From the NCBI GenBank assembly GCA_965261545.1, contig CBDHDF010000007.1, forward strand, positions 384,001 to 448,000: a DNA stretch of 64,000 nucleotides. Reading direction: 5' to 3'. Shown piece after piece: positions 39,531 to 49,661 of the stretch. The position numbers were made by a program, and so were the translations under genes. Source of the DNA: Bdellovibrionales bacterium (GTDB taxonomy: Bacteria > Bdellovibrionota > Bdellovibrionia > Bdellovibrionales > UBA1609). The notes under the pieces are model-generated. The model saw only the letters and a program-made list of their open reading frames with translations. It was not told the DNA's origin and searched no databases. Position 1 is the first letter of the stretch, and each line of letters starts with the position of its first letter.

Positions 39531-41171
39531 ATGAAAGCATCTGATTTATTTGTTAAAGCCTTGGAAAATGAAGGTGTACGCTATATATTTGGAGTTCCAG
39601 GTGAAGAAAACCTCGACTTCTTAGAATCCCTTCGTACCTCAAAAATCAAACTGATTCTCACAAGACATGAGCAAGGGGCTGGCTTTATGGCAGCCACCTA
39701 TGGACGATTGACGGGAAAGGTAGGTGTTTGTCTGGCCACCCTAGGGCCAGGAGCCACCAACCTGGTGACCGCCGCCGCTTACGCCCAACTGGGTGGCATG
39801 CCCATGATGATGATTACGGGACAAAAACCTGTGAAAAAAAGCAAACAGGGACAATTTCAAATTCTCGATGTCGTTGAGATGATGAAACCCATTTCAAAAT
39901 TTACCAAGCAAATTGTGAATGGCAACACCATTGCTGTCAATGTGAGAGAGGCTGTGCGATTGGCTCAAGAAGAACGTCCAGGAGCTGTTCATATTGAGCT
40001 GCCAGAGGATATTGCCGCCGAGGAAGCTGACACTCTCCCCTTTGCCGTTCACTCCAGCAAGAGACCCAACTCCCATGACAAGGCTATTTCCCGGGCCGTT
40101 GAAATGATCCATGAATCAAAAATGCCTCTTCTTCTCATTGGGGCCGCCGCCAATCGCCACAGAACAAGTCAAGCCCTCACTGAGTTTGTGGAACGCACCC
40201 AAATTCATTTTTTTAATACTCAAATGGGCAAAGGCGTGGTGGATGAACGCCACCCCTTATTCCTGGGGACAGCAGCCCTTTCTGACCACGACTATTTGCA
40301 CATGGCCATTGAAAGAGCCGACCTCATTATCAATGTGGGCCACGACGTGGTTGAAAAGCCTCCCTTTTTTATGGAAGTCGGTGGAACCAAGGTCATTCAT
40401 ATCAATTATTTTTCAGCCAAAGTCGACGATGTCTACTTTCCTCAACTGGAAGTGACAGGGGATATTGCCAGCACCATTGAGGCTTTAAGCCAAAAAGTCG
40501 AGGGAGTGCAAAAGAGAGATTCAAGTTTTTATAAAAGAATTAAAAAGGCCGTAGAAAATTATGTCGATGACCAATGCAGCAACGATCGTTTCCCTATTAT
40601 CCCCCAATACTTAGTGGCCCAAATTCGAAAGGCCATGCCTGAGGATGGGATCATTGCCCTGGACAATGGCGTTTACAAAATATGGTTTGCTCGAAATTAT
40701 AAAGCCTATCTCCCCAATACAGTTTTGTTGGACAATGCCCTTGCCAGCATGGGAGCAGGGCTGCCCTCGGCCATGGGGGCCAAGTTGGTCCACCCCGATC
40801 GCAAGGTCATGGCCATTTGTGGTGATGGTGGTTTTATGATGAACTCCCAAGAACTGGAAACCTCTGTTCGCTTGAAGCAAGATTTAGTGGTGGTTATTTT
40901 GCGCGACAATGCCTATGGCATGATTAAGTGGAAACAAGCGGGGTCTGGCTTTAAAAATTTTGGCCTCGACTATGGAAACCCCGACTTTGTTCAATACGCC
41001 AATGCCTATGGAGCCAAGGGCTATCGTGTGGAAAGCTCTCTCCACCTCACACAGGTTTTGGAAGAATGCATTCAGAGCAAAGGCCTCCACGTCATTGAAG
41101 TGCCCGTGGATTACTCAGAAAATGAGAAAGTTTTGATTGATGAATTAAAAGCCAAAACAAGTATTTTGTAA
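39531..41171 (+). CDS. Acetolactate synthase large-subunit-like ThDP enzyme
   Basis: FGVPGEENLD, TRHEQGAGFMA, TLGPGATN, GDGGFMMNSQE. Confidence 0.93.
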   Translation: MKASDLFVKALENEGVRYIFGVPGEENLDFLESLRTSKIKLILTRHEQGAGFMAATYGRLTGKVGVCLATLGPGATNLVTAAAYAQLGGMPMMMITGQKPVKKSKQGQFQILDVVEMMKPISKFTKQIVNGNTIAVNVREAVRLAQEERPGAVHIELPEDIAAEEADTLPFAVHSSKRPNSHDKAISRAVEMIHESKMPLLLIGAAANRHRTSQALTEFVERTQIHFFNTQMGKGVVDERHPLFLGTAALSDHDYLHMAIERADLIINVGHDVVEKPPFFMEVGGTKVIHINYFSAKVDDVYFPQLEVTGDIASTIEALSQKVEGVQKRDSSFYKRIKKAVENYVDDQCSNDRFPIIPQYLVAQIRKAMPEDGIIALDNGVYKIWFARNYKAYLPNTVLLDNALASMGAGLPSAMGAKLVHPDRKVMAICGDGGFMMNSQELETSVRLKQDLVVVILRDNAYGMIKWKQAGSGFKNFGLDYGNPDFVQYANAYGAKGYRVESSLHLTQVLEECIQSKGLHVIEVPVDYSENEKVLIDELKAKTSIL

Positions 41172-41281
41172 CATTTTGTAGCAAGTATTTTATAGTACCT
41201 TGCAGTAAGCATCTTGTAACTTATAAAAATCTATTTTGTAAAAACCTATCAACCTATCATCTATAAGGAAACAGCAAGACC

Positions 41282-42670
41282 GTGCCTCAAATAAAAGTTC
41301 TCTCCCCCTATGACCAAAGCCACCTTCGCTCCTTTGATTTGATGGATGCCAATGAGATCGAAAAAAAACTCTCCACAGCCTACGCTCTCACCCGTGGGTC
41401 TCCCCTACCCACTCCCAAGAGAATTGAAATTTTAGAAAAAGCGGCCCACCTCATTGAGTCAAAGGCTGAGGAATACGCCATGACAGTGGCCCAAGAGGGA
41501 GGAAAGCCCCTTGTGGATGCCAGAGTTGAAATCGCAAGAGCGGCCCAAGGCACCCGAGAAGCTGCCACCTCCATAGCCCACATGGTAGGGCGACGTATTC
41601 CCATGGGCTTGAACAACTCTTCTCTCCATCGCCTGGCCTACACACAAAGGGAGCCCATAGGAGTGGTCGTTTCTGTAAGTGCTTTCAACCATCCCTTTAA
41701 CCTGATTGTTCATCAGGTTATGCCCGCCGTAGCAGTGGGCTCCCCCGTTATTGTTAAGCCAGCTTTGAGCACTCCTATTTCCTGCACCCAAGTCCTCAAG
41801 GTTCTTTACGAAGCGGGACTCCCGGAGGAATGGGCCCAACTAGCTCTTTGCGATAATGATGTCTCTGAAAAACTCGTCACAGATCCCCGAGTGGCTTTTT
41901 TTTCTTTTATCGGTTCATCCAAAGTCGGCTGGACTTTGCGATCAAAATTAGCACCTGGAACAAGGTGTGCCCTAGAGCATGGGGGAGCCGCCCCTGTCAT
42001 CTTTGATGAAGACGCAGATATCCAATCCGCCCTCCCCCTTTTGGTCAAAGGAGGATTTTACCACGCCGGTCAGGTTTGTGTTTCTGTGCAAAGGGTGTTT
42101 GTCCATAAAAAAATTGTGGACGAAGTGGCAGAGGGCCTTGTACGTCTCACTCAAAAACTCTCTGTGGGAGACCCCTCTGAGGAAAAAACAGAGGTGGGAC
42201 CCCTTATACTCGAAAGAGAGGTGGACCGGGTCGCCACATGGGTTCAGGAGGCCAAGGACCAAGGGGCACAAATCTTGTGCGGAGGTGAAAAGCGAGGCAA
42301 CACTTGTTTTGCCCCCACTATTTTATTAAATCCCAGCCAAAAATCTCAGGTTTCCCAGAAAGAAATCTTTGGACCTGTCATCAATATTTACTCCTACGAC
42401 CACCGTAGGGAAGCCATTGAGTGGGCCAATTCCCTCCCCTTTTCTTTTCAAGCCTCTGTGTTTACGAAAAGTCTTGATGTGGCGCTAGATACGATTCATA
42501 GACTTGAGGCCGCTGCCGTTATGGTTAATGACCATACGGCCTTTCGAGTGGATTGGATGCCATTTGCAGGCCATAAGCAATCGGGACTTGGCGTGGGTGG
42601 GATTGCCCCCACCATGGAAGAAATGACTCAAGAAAAACTTGTGATTTATAAATCCAACTTTCTTGCATAA
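41282..42670 (+). CDS. Aldehyde dehydrogenase
   Basis: FNHPFNL, FIGS, LEHGG, GQVCVS, EIFGPV. Confidence 0.95.
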   Translation: MPQIKVLSPYDQSHLRSFDLMDANEIEKKLSTAYALTRGSPLPTPKRIEILEKAAHLIESKAEEYAMTVAQEGGKPLVDARVEIARAAQGTREAATSIAHMVGRRIPMGLNNSSLHRLAYTQREPIGVVVSVSAFNHPFNLIVHQVMPAVAVGSPVIVKPALSTPISCTQVLKVLYEAGLPEEWAQLALCDNDVSEKLVTDPRVAFFSFIGSSKVGWTLRSKLAPGTRCALEHGGAAPVIFDEDADIQSALPLLVKGGFYHAGQVCVSVQRVFVHKKIVDEVAEGLVRLTQKLSVGDPSEEKTEVGPLILEREVDRVATWVQEAKDQGAQILCGGEKRGNTCFAPTILLNPSQKSQVSQKEIFGPVINIYSYDHRREAIEWANSLPFSFQASVFTKSLDVALDTIHRLEAAAVMVNDHTAFRVDWMPFAGHKQSGLGVGGIAPTMEEMTQEKLVIYKSNFLA

Positions 42671-42753
42671 ATTTCTTGCATAAAAACGACAGACAGTGCG
42701 TACATCCACGTATTGGCATTGACTAAGGAGGTGTAAAAAAATAACTTTTCTGT

Positions 42754-45123
42754 ATGACATCAACTTTCCTAGTAAAAACAAGTGAAAAAAATAAAAGTTA
42801 TTTATTTACACCTCCTAAGAGGATTTGGAACTTACTGAAAGGAATATCGAAGTTGGTAAGACGAAACCATTTACCTAATTTGATCTCAACTCATTTCAAA
42901 AATAAAAAACATTTTGGTTTTTCTCTTATTGCTATGATGGTGTCTCTCTTTATTATGGGATTTTCTATGGCAGCTCTGATGACGCTAATGGTTCGTCAAG
43001 AAAAAGGAGGAATCGCTTTAAGTCAAAAATTTGACAGCACTCGCTTACAACAAAGTTTGTTGAGCACAATGATGAATTCTGACATATGCACTTGTCACTT
43101 TACTGCCAGTTCAAATTTCCCATTGACTTTAGATACACAGCAATTCGTGGATATTCCAATGCACTCCATTCGGAGCCACTGTGATTTTTCATCCCAAGAT
43201 AATATTCTTGCGAAGGCTGAAACCCTTATACCTGGTAGCAACTTACTGGTGAATACAATCCGGGTGACAAATATTAAATTTACAGGAATATCCAATCGAT
43301 ACTCAGGGAGTCTCAATGTAGAATACAATCAAGAAAATTTGTCTTACCCAATGGAGGCCTCTTCCATTCCTCTTATTTTAATAGTGGACTCAGAGTCAGG
43401 AACCGATGTTGCTCGTCCTATTAAGTCTTGTTGGAAGGCTAATGAAAGCAATCAAGAGATTGAAATCAGCGATAGTGAAAAGGTCCAAAATTTCAACAGA
43501 TTTTATAACGGTTGCATGTTTTTGGATTACTCTTCCGGTGAAGAAAGCGGTGGGCGAACTTTAGTGGGTTGTAATGGCACTGCAAATAATCATCACCCCC
43601 CACATAGTACGGCTTTGGGCTATCAGGCGGGAAAAAACTCATCAAATAGCGGAGACAATACCTATTTAGGTTATCTAGCTGGATCCGCACACTCTGGAAA
43701 TCAAAGCACTTTTGCAGGAAGATATTCAGGGTCGGAGGGTAGGGATGGTTCGGCAAGTACAGCGATTGGTTACCAATCAGGAACGTATTCAGGAAATAGA
43801 AACGTTGCTGTGGGGACGTATGCAGGAGCGCACTCTCAGGGAAATGAAAATGTTTTTATAGGAGCCTCGGTGGGGGGACATGGGCAGGGAAGTCGGAGTG
43901 TGGCTTTGGGTTCTCGGGCGGCGTTAAATATTTCTAATGATAACGTGGTCTTAGGCTCTATAGCTTTGCAAAATGAGGATGAAGGTGCCAATGTTGCAAT
44001 TGGCTACAGGGCTGGTTCGAATTTTGTAAAATATGGTCAGATTTTGATAGGTCACGCTGCTGGTACCCATGCCAGAGGAGATAGAAATATTTTTCTAGGC
44101 TATCAGGCAGGAAATCATAATAACAGTGATACATCTACAAATGATAATATTCTTATGGGTTCCATAGCTCGCTCCCCTAAGAATGGTGATGGTAATCTCT
44201 TTCTAGGGTCCCGAATAGCGTCACCATCGCATGCTCAAGAAAATACATTCGTGGGATCTGAGATCAACTATTACGCAAGGAGGGACGTGAAATACAACAC
44301 AATAGTGGGTGAAAGGACCTCCCGGCATTGGGAGGGTGGTGAAAAAAATGTGATGATAGGTTCCTATGTAGCTTATACATCTTATATTACAAGAGAGGAA
44401 AATTTTAGAAATGTAATTTTGGGTTCGAAGGCTGTATTGTTCAGCGATCTTAGAAATGATAGTATTTACATAGGTCATATGGTCGCGTCTAATAGGAATA
44501 ATCAACTTCGTCATTCTGAGCTCATTTTTGGAATCAAAGATAAGAGATGGTTGACAGGGGATATTTCTTCAACAGGTAATCTCTTTATCAATGGTCAACA
44601 AGTGGCTCTCACAAGTTCCAGAGAGATAAAGAAAAATATTTACCCCATAAAGAATATTAAAAAATATGTTGATGGCATCATACAAGCGCCTTTGTTTACC
44701 TATCATTATAAAGATAAGAGTATGCAACCTCAAAAGACTCGTATGGGATTTATATCTGAAGAACTTCCTGAGTATTTACAGATAAAGAAAAAAGGGCAAC
44801 TTTCTCATCCCGACTGGCCAAGTATTTATGGTTCTTTTTGGGCAAGTATCCAATATATTTATGGTATGTTGCAAAGACTCAAGAAATCCTTCTCTATGAA
44901 TACAAAAAAAATGGTCAGTAATATAAGACATTTCCATGATATACAAAATAGATTTATAGAAGACACAATGGCTTCAAAAAAAGATCTTTTAAAGATAAGA
45001 AATCAGCTCTCTCAGTCATCTCAAGATCTTAAAGCTGCCAAGCTAGAGCTTAGAGAGCTAAAAGCAGGTATAAAGGAAAAATGGAAAGACATCGAAAACA
45101 AATTTCCTCTCAAGAGGGATTGA
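42754..45123 (+). CDS. Prepilin-type N-terminus + Gly-rich fibre repeats + peptidase S74-type chaperone (paralogue 1)
   Basis: KNKKHFG|FSLIAMMVSLF, CTCHF, [IL]GYQAG repeats, SSREIKKNI..YHYK..GFISEELP..DW, coiled-coil tail; true start may be downstream. Confidence 0.8.
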   Translation: MTSTFLVKTSEKNKSYLFTPPKRIWNLLKGISKLVRRNHLPNLISTHFKNKKHFGFSLIAMMVSLFIMGFSMAALMTLMVRQEKGGIALSQKFDSTRLQQSLLSTMMNSDICTCHFTASSNFPLTLDTQQFVDIPMHSIRSHCDFSSQDNILAKAETLIPGSNLLVNTIRVTNIKFTGISNRYSGSLNVEYNQENLSYPMEASSIPLILIVDSESGTDVARPIKSCWKANESNQEIEISDSEKVQNFNRFYNGCMFLDYSSGEESGGRTLVGCNGTANNHHPPHSTALGYQAGKNSSNSGDNTYLGYLAGSAHSGNQSTFAGRYSGSEGRDGSASTAIGYQSGTYSGNRNVAVGTYAGAHSQGNENVFIGASVGGHGQGSRSVALGSRAALNISNDNVVLGSIALQNEDEGANVAIGYRAGSNFVKYGQILIGHAAGTHARGDRNIFLGYQAGNHNNSDTSTNDNILMGSIARSPKNGDGNLFLGSRIASPSHAQENTFVGSEINYYARRDVKYNTIVGERTSRHWEGGEKNVMIGSYVAYTSYITREENFRNVILGSKAVLFSDLRNDSIYIGHMVASNRNNQLRHSELIFGIKDKRWLTGDISSTGNLFINGQQVALTSSREIKKNIYPIKNIKKYVDGIIQAPLFTYHYKDKSMQPQKTRMGFISEELPEYLQIKKKGQLSHPDWPSIYGSFWASIQYIYGMLQRLKKSFSMNTKKMVSNIRHFHDIQNRFIEDTMASKKDLLKIRNQLSQSSQDLKAAKLELRELKAGIKEKWKDIENKFPLKRD

Positions 45124-47312
45124 CTCTTATATCTTCATTGATCGCTGTGGTTATGATTGGTATGACCTCACTTTCTTTGGTATCTATGCAAGTATATCAA
45201 AAAAAGAAAATCTTGATTTTAAAACAGAAGCTTGTCCATATTGGTTTGAAGTCCTTTATTACAAAGGTTTTTTATAGCGGTGCTTGCTCTTGCCATTTTG
45301 ATGATGAAATCAATACCGAGGCCCCCGATGGAAGTCTCTTCTTAAATATGTCAAATACGAATGCATTAGAAAGTATCTCTTTGGAGTCCATAAGAACAGG
45401 GTGCCACTTTGATGGTAATAGAAATATAATTGTAAAAACCAATAGGGAAGTGGATTCTAGTGGAGGACTCGTTGTGAAGAGTATTGTCGTTAAAGACCTC
45501 GTGGCTACAGGAACCTCCGATGCATATTCTGGAAATCTTGTCATAAGTTATACAGAGCCCAGTCAAAAGTTTCTTTTAAAGCCTATTTCTATACCTCTCA
45601 CTTTATCCATTGATACAAGTTCGGGAACTCCAGAGGCTAGACCCATTCAATCTTGTTGGCAAAGGGAAGACGGTAATAATAGTGGTGCTGAAGAAATTGA
45701 AAACAATAGTTTCTCATCGAATAATATGAATTGTGCTCAAGTAACAAGAAGTTCCCACGTTCATAGTGAAAGTAGCCTTTTGAGTTGTGGGGCACAAAAC
45801 CAAGAGAGGAAAACAGGAATAGGATTTAGTGTGGGGGATGCCAACCCTACAGACAACACCAATAATACTACTTATTTGGGACATGCATCTGGTCAATCCG
45901 CATCTTTTAGTGAAGGAGTTTTTTTAGGCTATAAGGCGGGTCGAAGTCTTTCTGGTCTTTATAATACTGCCATTGGTTATCTTGCTGGCAAAAGTACACA
46001 GACTGGAAATCGTAATAATGTGTTGCTAGGGGTGAATATAGGGAATTCTTCCAAGACATCGGAAAGTACTGTAATAGGAACTTATGCAGGGCAATCATCG
46101 ACTAATTCTGCTGTTTTTGTTGGAACAAAAGCCGGTCAACATGTTCGAGAAGGAATCCTTATAGGCCACGAAGCAGGACTGTCACGGTATGGTATTCAGT
46201 CGTCAGATATCCTTATAGGAAACAAAGTAGGAAGATATACCCCGTCTTACGGGCAAAATCTGGTGATTGGTCATCAGGCAGCCATGAGGGGCAATCTTGT
46301 AAGGGCTGTTGGAATCGGTAAGTCCGCTGGCAGTGAAGGCATTAGTAGTTCTATCGTGGTAGGATTTCAGGCAGGCCAAAGAAATAAAAAACACCAAAAC
46401 TCTTTTTTGGGAGGACAATCGGGTGCTAACGTCAGAGATGGAAATTGGAATAGTTTTATTGGTTTCCAATCGGGATTTAACAAGAGGTCTGGAAATAGTT
46501 CTACCTACATTGGGACCTTTGCAGGGTTCAATGACCGATATACCTATGAAAATCTCTGCTTAGGATGGAAGTCTTGTTACCAAATCGCGGGGAATCATAA
46601 TACCATGTTGGGTGCTGGCTCTGGACAGAGTAACCTTGGAGCCCGTAATATATTTATTGGTCATGGAGTGGGTTCTTTACAATCTCATCGTTATCTTAAT
46701 GACACATTCATGATCGGAACTGAAAACCATCAAGAATGGCTGCGTGGAGAAATATCATCAGTTTCAACACTTCTTTTAAATGGCACCCCTATAACCATTC
46801 AAAGTTCGAGAGCTTTGAAGAAAAACATATCTTCTACGAAGAGTCTTAAAAAGTATTTTCAACTTATACTTGAAACTCCTCTTTTCACTTACCAATATAA
46901 AGACCCAAATCTTCAATCTGATAAGGTACGCATGGGTATTATTTCTGAAGAACTTCCTGATGATTTGCAAATTAAAAGAAAGGGAAAACTCTCTCAGCCA
47001 GATTGGCCAAGTATTTATGGAATTTTTGCAGCTAGTATCAAATGGATTTACAACTCTACATTGAATTTGGAAAAAAGTATGTCCACAAAAATGATAACCT
47101 TTGTGGATTTATTGACATCTCTTAAAAATGATATGAAGAGGATGCGAAAAAGGCGTGATAAATGGGTAAAAAATTCTTATGAAACAAAGAGGAGCATCAA
47201 GCAATCTCAAGAGAATATAAGAAAAATAAGAGATGAAATAAAACATGTAAAATCTAATACAGAAAAAAAATTAGGAGAACTTATGGATGATTCACTAATT
47301 ATGGATCCATGA
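45081..47312 (+). CDS. Prepilin-type N-terminus + fibre repeats + S74-type chaperone (paralogue 2)
   Basis: SQEG|LTLISSLIAVV, CSCHF, IGxxAG repeats, SSRALKKNI..YQYK..GIISEELP..DW. Confidence 0.8.
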   Translation: MERHRKQISSQEGLTLISSLIAVVMIGMTSLSLVSMQVYQKKKILILKQKLVHIGLKSFITKVFYSGACSCHFDDEINTEAPDGSLFLNMSNTNALESISLESIRTGCHFDGNRNIIVKTNREVDSSGGLVVKSIVVKDLVATGTSDAYSGNLVISYTEPSQKFLLKPISIPLTLSIDTSSGTPEARPIQSCWQREDGNNSGAEEIENNSFSSNNMNCAQVTRSSHVHSESSLLSCGAQNQERKTGIGFSVGDANPTDNTNNTTYLGHASGQSASFSEGVFLGYKAGRSLSGLYNTAIGYLAGKSTQTGNRNNVLLGVNIGNSSKTSESTVIGTYAGQSSTNSAVFVGTKAGQHVREGILIGHEAGLSRYGIQSSDILIGNKVGRYTPSYGQNLVIGHQAAMRGNLVRAVGIGKSAGSEGISSSIVVGFQAGQRNKKHQNSFLGGQSGANVRDGNWNSFIGFQSGFNKRSGNSSTYIGTFAGFNDRYTYENLCLGWKSCYQIAGNHNTMLGAGSGQSNLGARNIFIGHGVGSLQSHRYLNDTFMIGTENHQEWLRGEISSVSTLLLNGTPITIQSSRALKKNISSTKSLKKYFQLILETPLFTYQYKDPNLQSDKVRMGIISEELPDDLQIKRKGKLSQPDWPSIYGIFAASIKWIYNSTLNLEKSMSTKMITFVDLLTSLKNDMKRMRKRRDKWVKNSYETKRSIKQSQENIRKIRDEIKHVKSNTEKKLGELMDDSLIMDP

Positions 47313-49639
47313 TAAGGAAAAATATGAATTTAGTAGACACTAAAAGTACCAACAAGAGCATCAACAAGAATATTTGTGGAAGTTATGGTTTTGCCATACC
47401 TTCGATTCTTCTGTCTATTTCTATGATGAGCATATCTATGTTGTCTTTCTTATCCAAAGTCAATATGGGGAATCAAGAGTCTGAGTATTTATCTCATCAA
47501 ACTCAAAGGCAGAGTATTGAGTTCGCTGTCAAGAAAATCATAGAGTCGAATATATGCACTTGTCACTTTGATTCAACACAAAATACAAACATTTCTTCTG
47601 CATCATTAAAAATTAATACCATATCCTTAGAGGATATTCCACTTGAAGCTATAAGAACCGGTTGTGACTTTAATTCGGCCGATAATATTTTAATTCAAGA
47701 GGGGGAGTCCCTAGAAGATGGTTTGGTGATTGATACAATCAAAGTGTCCAATATGAGCCCCAAAGAGGGAAGCAATAAAGTTGTTTTGGGAGATATTATT
47801 ATTGGGTATACAAGCGAAGGCAACACAAGAAATCTCCACCCCTCTGCAATCCCTGTATCTTTTACCATTGATCCAAACTCAGGGTCTAATGAAAGTCGAC
47901 CTATCAAAGAGTGTAAGGTTCCTGACGACGACAACGATGATGAATCAAGTCCATCAGGATTTCCATGTTATTTTGCAGATACAGAGACCGATTGGAGGGG
48001 GCGAACTCTTTTCGGTTGTGGAATATCCATAAATGAGAATCAATCTCGGTTTACAACATCTTTTGGATTTGGGGCTGGGAAGTCTTCAGGTTCTTCTAAC
48101 TCGAACATGGGAAATACTTATTTTGGGTACGAAGCGGGGATGAATCATCAAAGTTCCGAGAGCACAATGATAGGTTATAGAGCGGGAAAAATGTCTGTGA
48201 ACTTAAAGCGTAGCAATCTTATTGGGTATCAAGCTGGAGGAAATGTCATTTCGGGACAGGATCTTCATTTCATTGGAGCCGAGGCCGGTCTAGAAACATT
48301 GAGGGGAAATAGCAATATTTTTATAGGAGCTTCAGCAGGAAGACAGAACCTGGTAGGAAATAAAAATATTTTCTTGGGTTATGAGGCTGGTCGAAATGGA
48401 ACTACTACGCATGAAAATATTTTTATAGGCTATAGAGCGGGGTTTTCAAACACAAAAAATCGAAATGTTTTTATTGGTTCCCAGGCAGGAGAAGCCAATG
48501 TCTTAGGGGAAGATTCTGTGGTTATTGGTTATCGTGCGGGCTATAAAAATCCGCTTATAAACAAGAGTGTTTTTGTGGGAACTTTGTCGGGAAGTGAGAG
48601 TAATGGAGGTGACCGCTCTGTATTCATAGGCTATTCATCTGGCCAAAAGAACGAAGGAAATTATAATACATTTATAGGAAATTACACTGGAGTGGAAAAT
48701 ACGGATGGTGAAGAGAATGTTTTTGTAGGACACAGATCCGGTGAATCCAATAGCAGTGGATCAAAGAATACATTTCTTGGATATTTAGCAGGACACAATA
48801 ACATATCAGGGCTCAGCAATACTGCCATAGGCTGGAAAGCTGGCTATAACAATACCACGGGGAGTTTTAATACCATGATTGGATATCGTGCGGGATATTA
48901 TAGCACAGGAAGTCATAATATATTTATAGGTACAAATGCAGGTGATGATGAAGTATCTTATAGCAATACAAATTCTAAATTTGTTCTGGGCAATACAGAT
49001 GCAAAAAATTGGCTCAAGGGAGACATGACTCCCACTGGAAATCTCTATGTCAATGATCAGCAAGTTGTGATGGCAAGTTCAAGATTTTTAAAGAAAAATA
49101 TTCATCCCGTTGTCCAATTTAGAAAATATTTGAATGACCTCTTAAAAACTCCTCTTTTTACATATCAATATAAAAGCCCGAGAAATCAACCCCACAAAAC
49201 CCGTATAGGGGTTATATCTGAAGAACTTCCTCAAAACTTAAAAATTCAGACGAAGAGTGGACTCCCCCATCCCGATTGGCCCACCGTATATGGTTCTTTT
49301 TGGGCGAGCCTCAAAGCCCTCCATGAAATCAAGAAAGAATTGAAAGAACAATTTCTATCAAAATATAAAGGCTTTTTATCTGAACTTCAATCCATAAAAA
49401 AGAAGCAGCTTCAAGCAATTAAGATATGGACCCATCACAAAAAAGAAATCGCCTCCACAAAGTCTCAATTGCGTCAGATTCATCTCGAAATAGAGCAAAT
49501 TCAAAGAGAGATTTTAAAAATCACAAAGAAGTTTGATGAAGATTGGAAAAATTTGGCGGTAAGACTCTCACCCCCTTCGACGCTATCACCATCACCTCTA
49601 AACCCTCCTACTTCTGACTTGCATCACATCCATCAGTGA
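47309..49639 (+). CDS. Prepilin-type N-terminus + fibre repeats + S74-type chaperone (paralogue 3)
   Basis: SYG|FAIPSILLSI, CTCHF, regular NxFIGYxAG repeats, SSRFLKKNI..YQYK..GVISEELP..DW. Confidence 0.8.
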   Translation: MIRKNMNLVDTKSTNKSINKNICGSYGFAIPSILLSISMMSISMLSFLSKVNMGNQESEYLSHQTQRQSIEFAVKKIIESNICTCHFDSTQNTNISSASLKINTISLEDIPLEAIRTGCDFNSADNILIQEGESLEDGLVIDTIKVSNMSPKEGSNKVVLGDIIIGYTSEGNTRNLHPSAIPVSFTIDPNSGSNESRPIKECKVPDDDNDDESSPSGFPCYFADTETDWRGRTLFGCGISINENQSRFTTSFGFGAGKSSGSSNSNMGNTYFGYEAGMNHQSSESTMIGYRAGKMSVNLKRSNLIGYQAGGNVISGQDLHFIGAEAGLETLRGNSNIFIGASAGRQNLVGNKNIFLGYEAGRNGTTTHENIFIGYRAGFSNTKNRNVFIGSQAGEANVLGEDSVVIGYRAGYKNPLINKSVFVGTLSGSESNGGDRSVFIGYSSGQKNEGNYNTFIGNYTGVENTDGEENVFVGHRSGESNSSGSKNTFLGYLAGHNNISGLSNTAIGWKAGYNNTTGSFNTMIGYRAGYYSTGSHNIFIGTNAGDDEVSYSNTNSKFVLGNTDAKNWLKGDMTPTGNLYVNDQQVVMASSRFLKKNIHPVVQFRKYLNDLLKTPLFTYQYKSPRNQPHKTRIGVISEELPQNLKIQTKSGLPHPDWPTVYGSFWASLKALHEIKKELKEQFLSKYKGFLSELQSIKKKQLQAIKIWTHHKKEIASTKSQLRQIHLEIEQIQREILKITKKFDEDWKNLAVRLSPPSTLSPSPLNPPTSDLHHIHQ

Positions 49640-49661
49640 TGGGTCCCATCGTGTAGTCCCA

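Noticed and set aside
42754..49639. Prophage tail module
   Set aside because: No capsid, terminase, baseplate or integrase genes; the proteins have pilin-like N-termini
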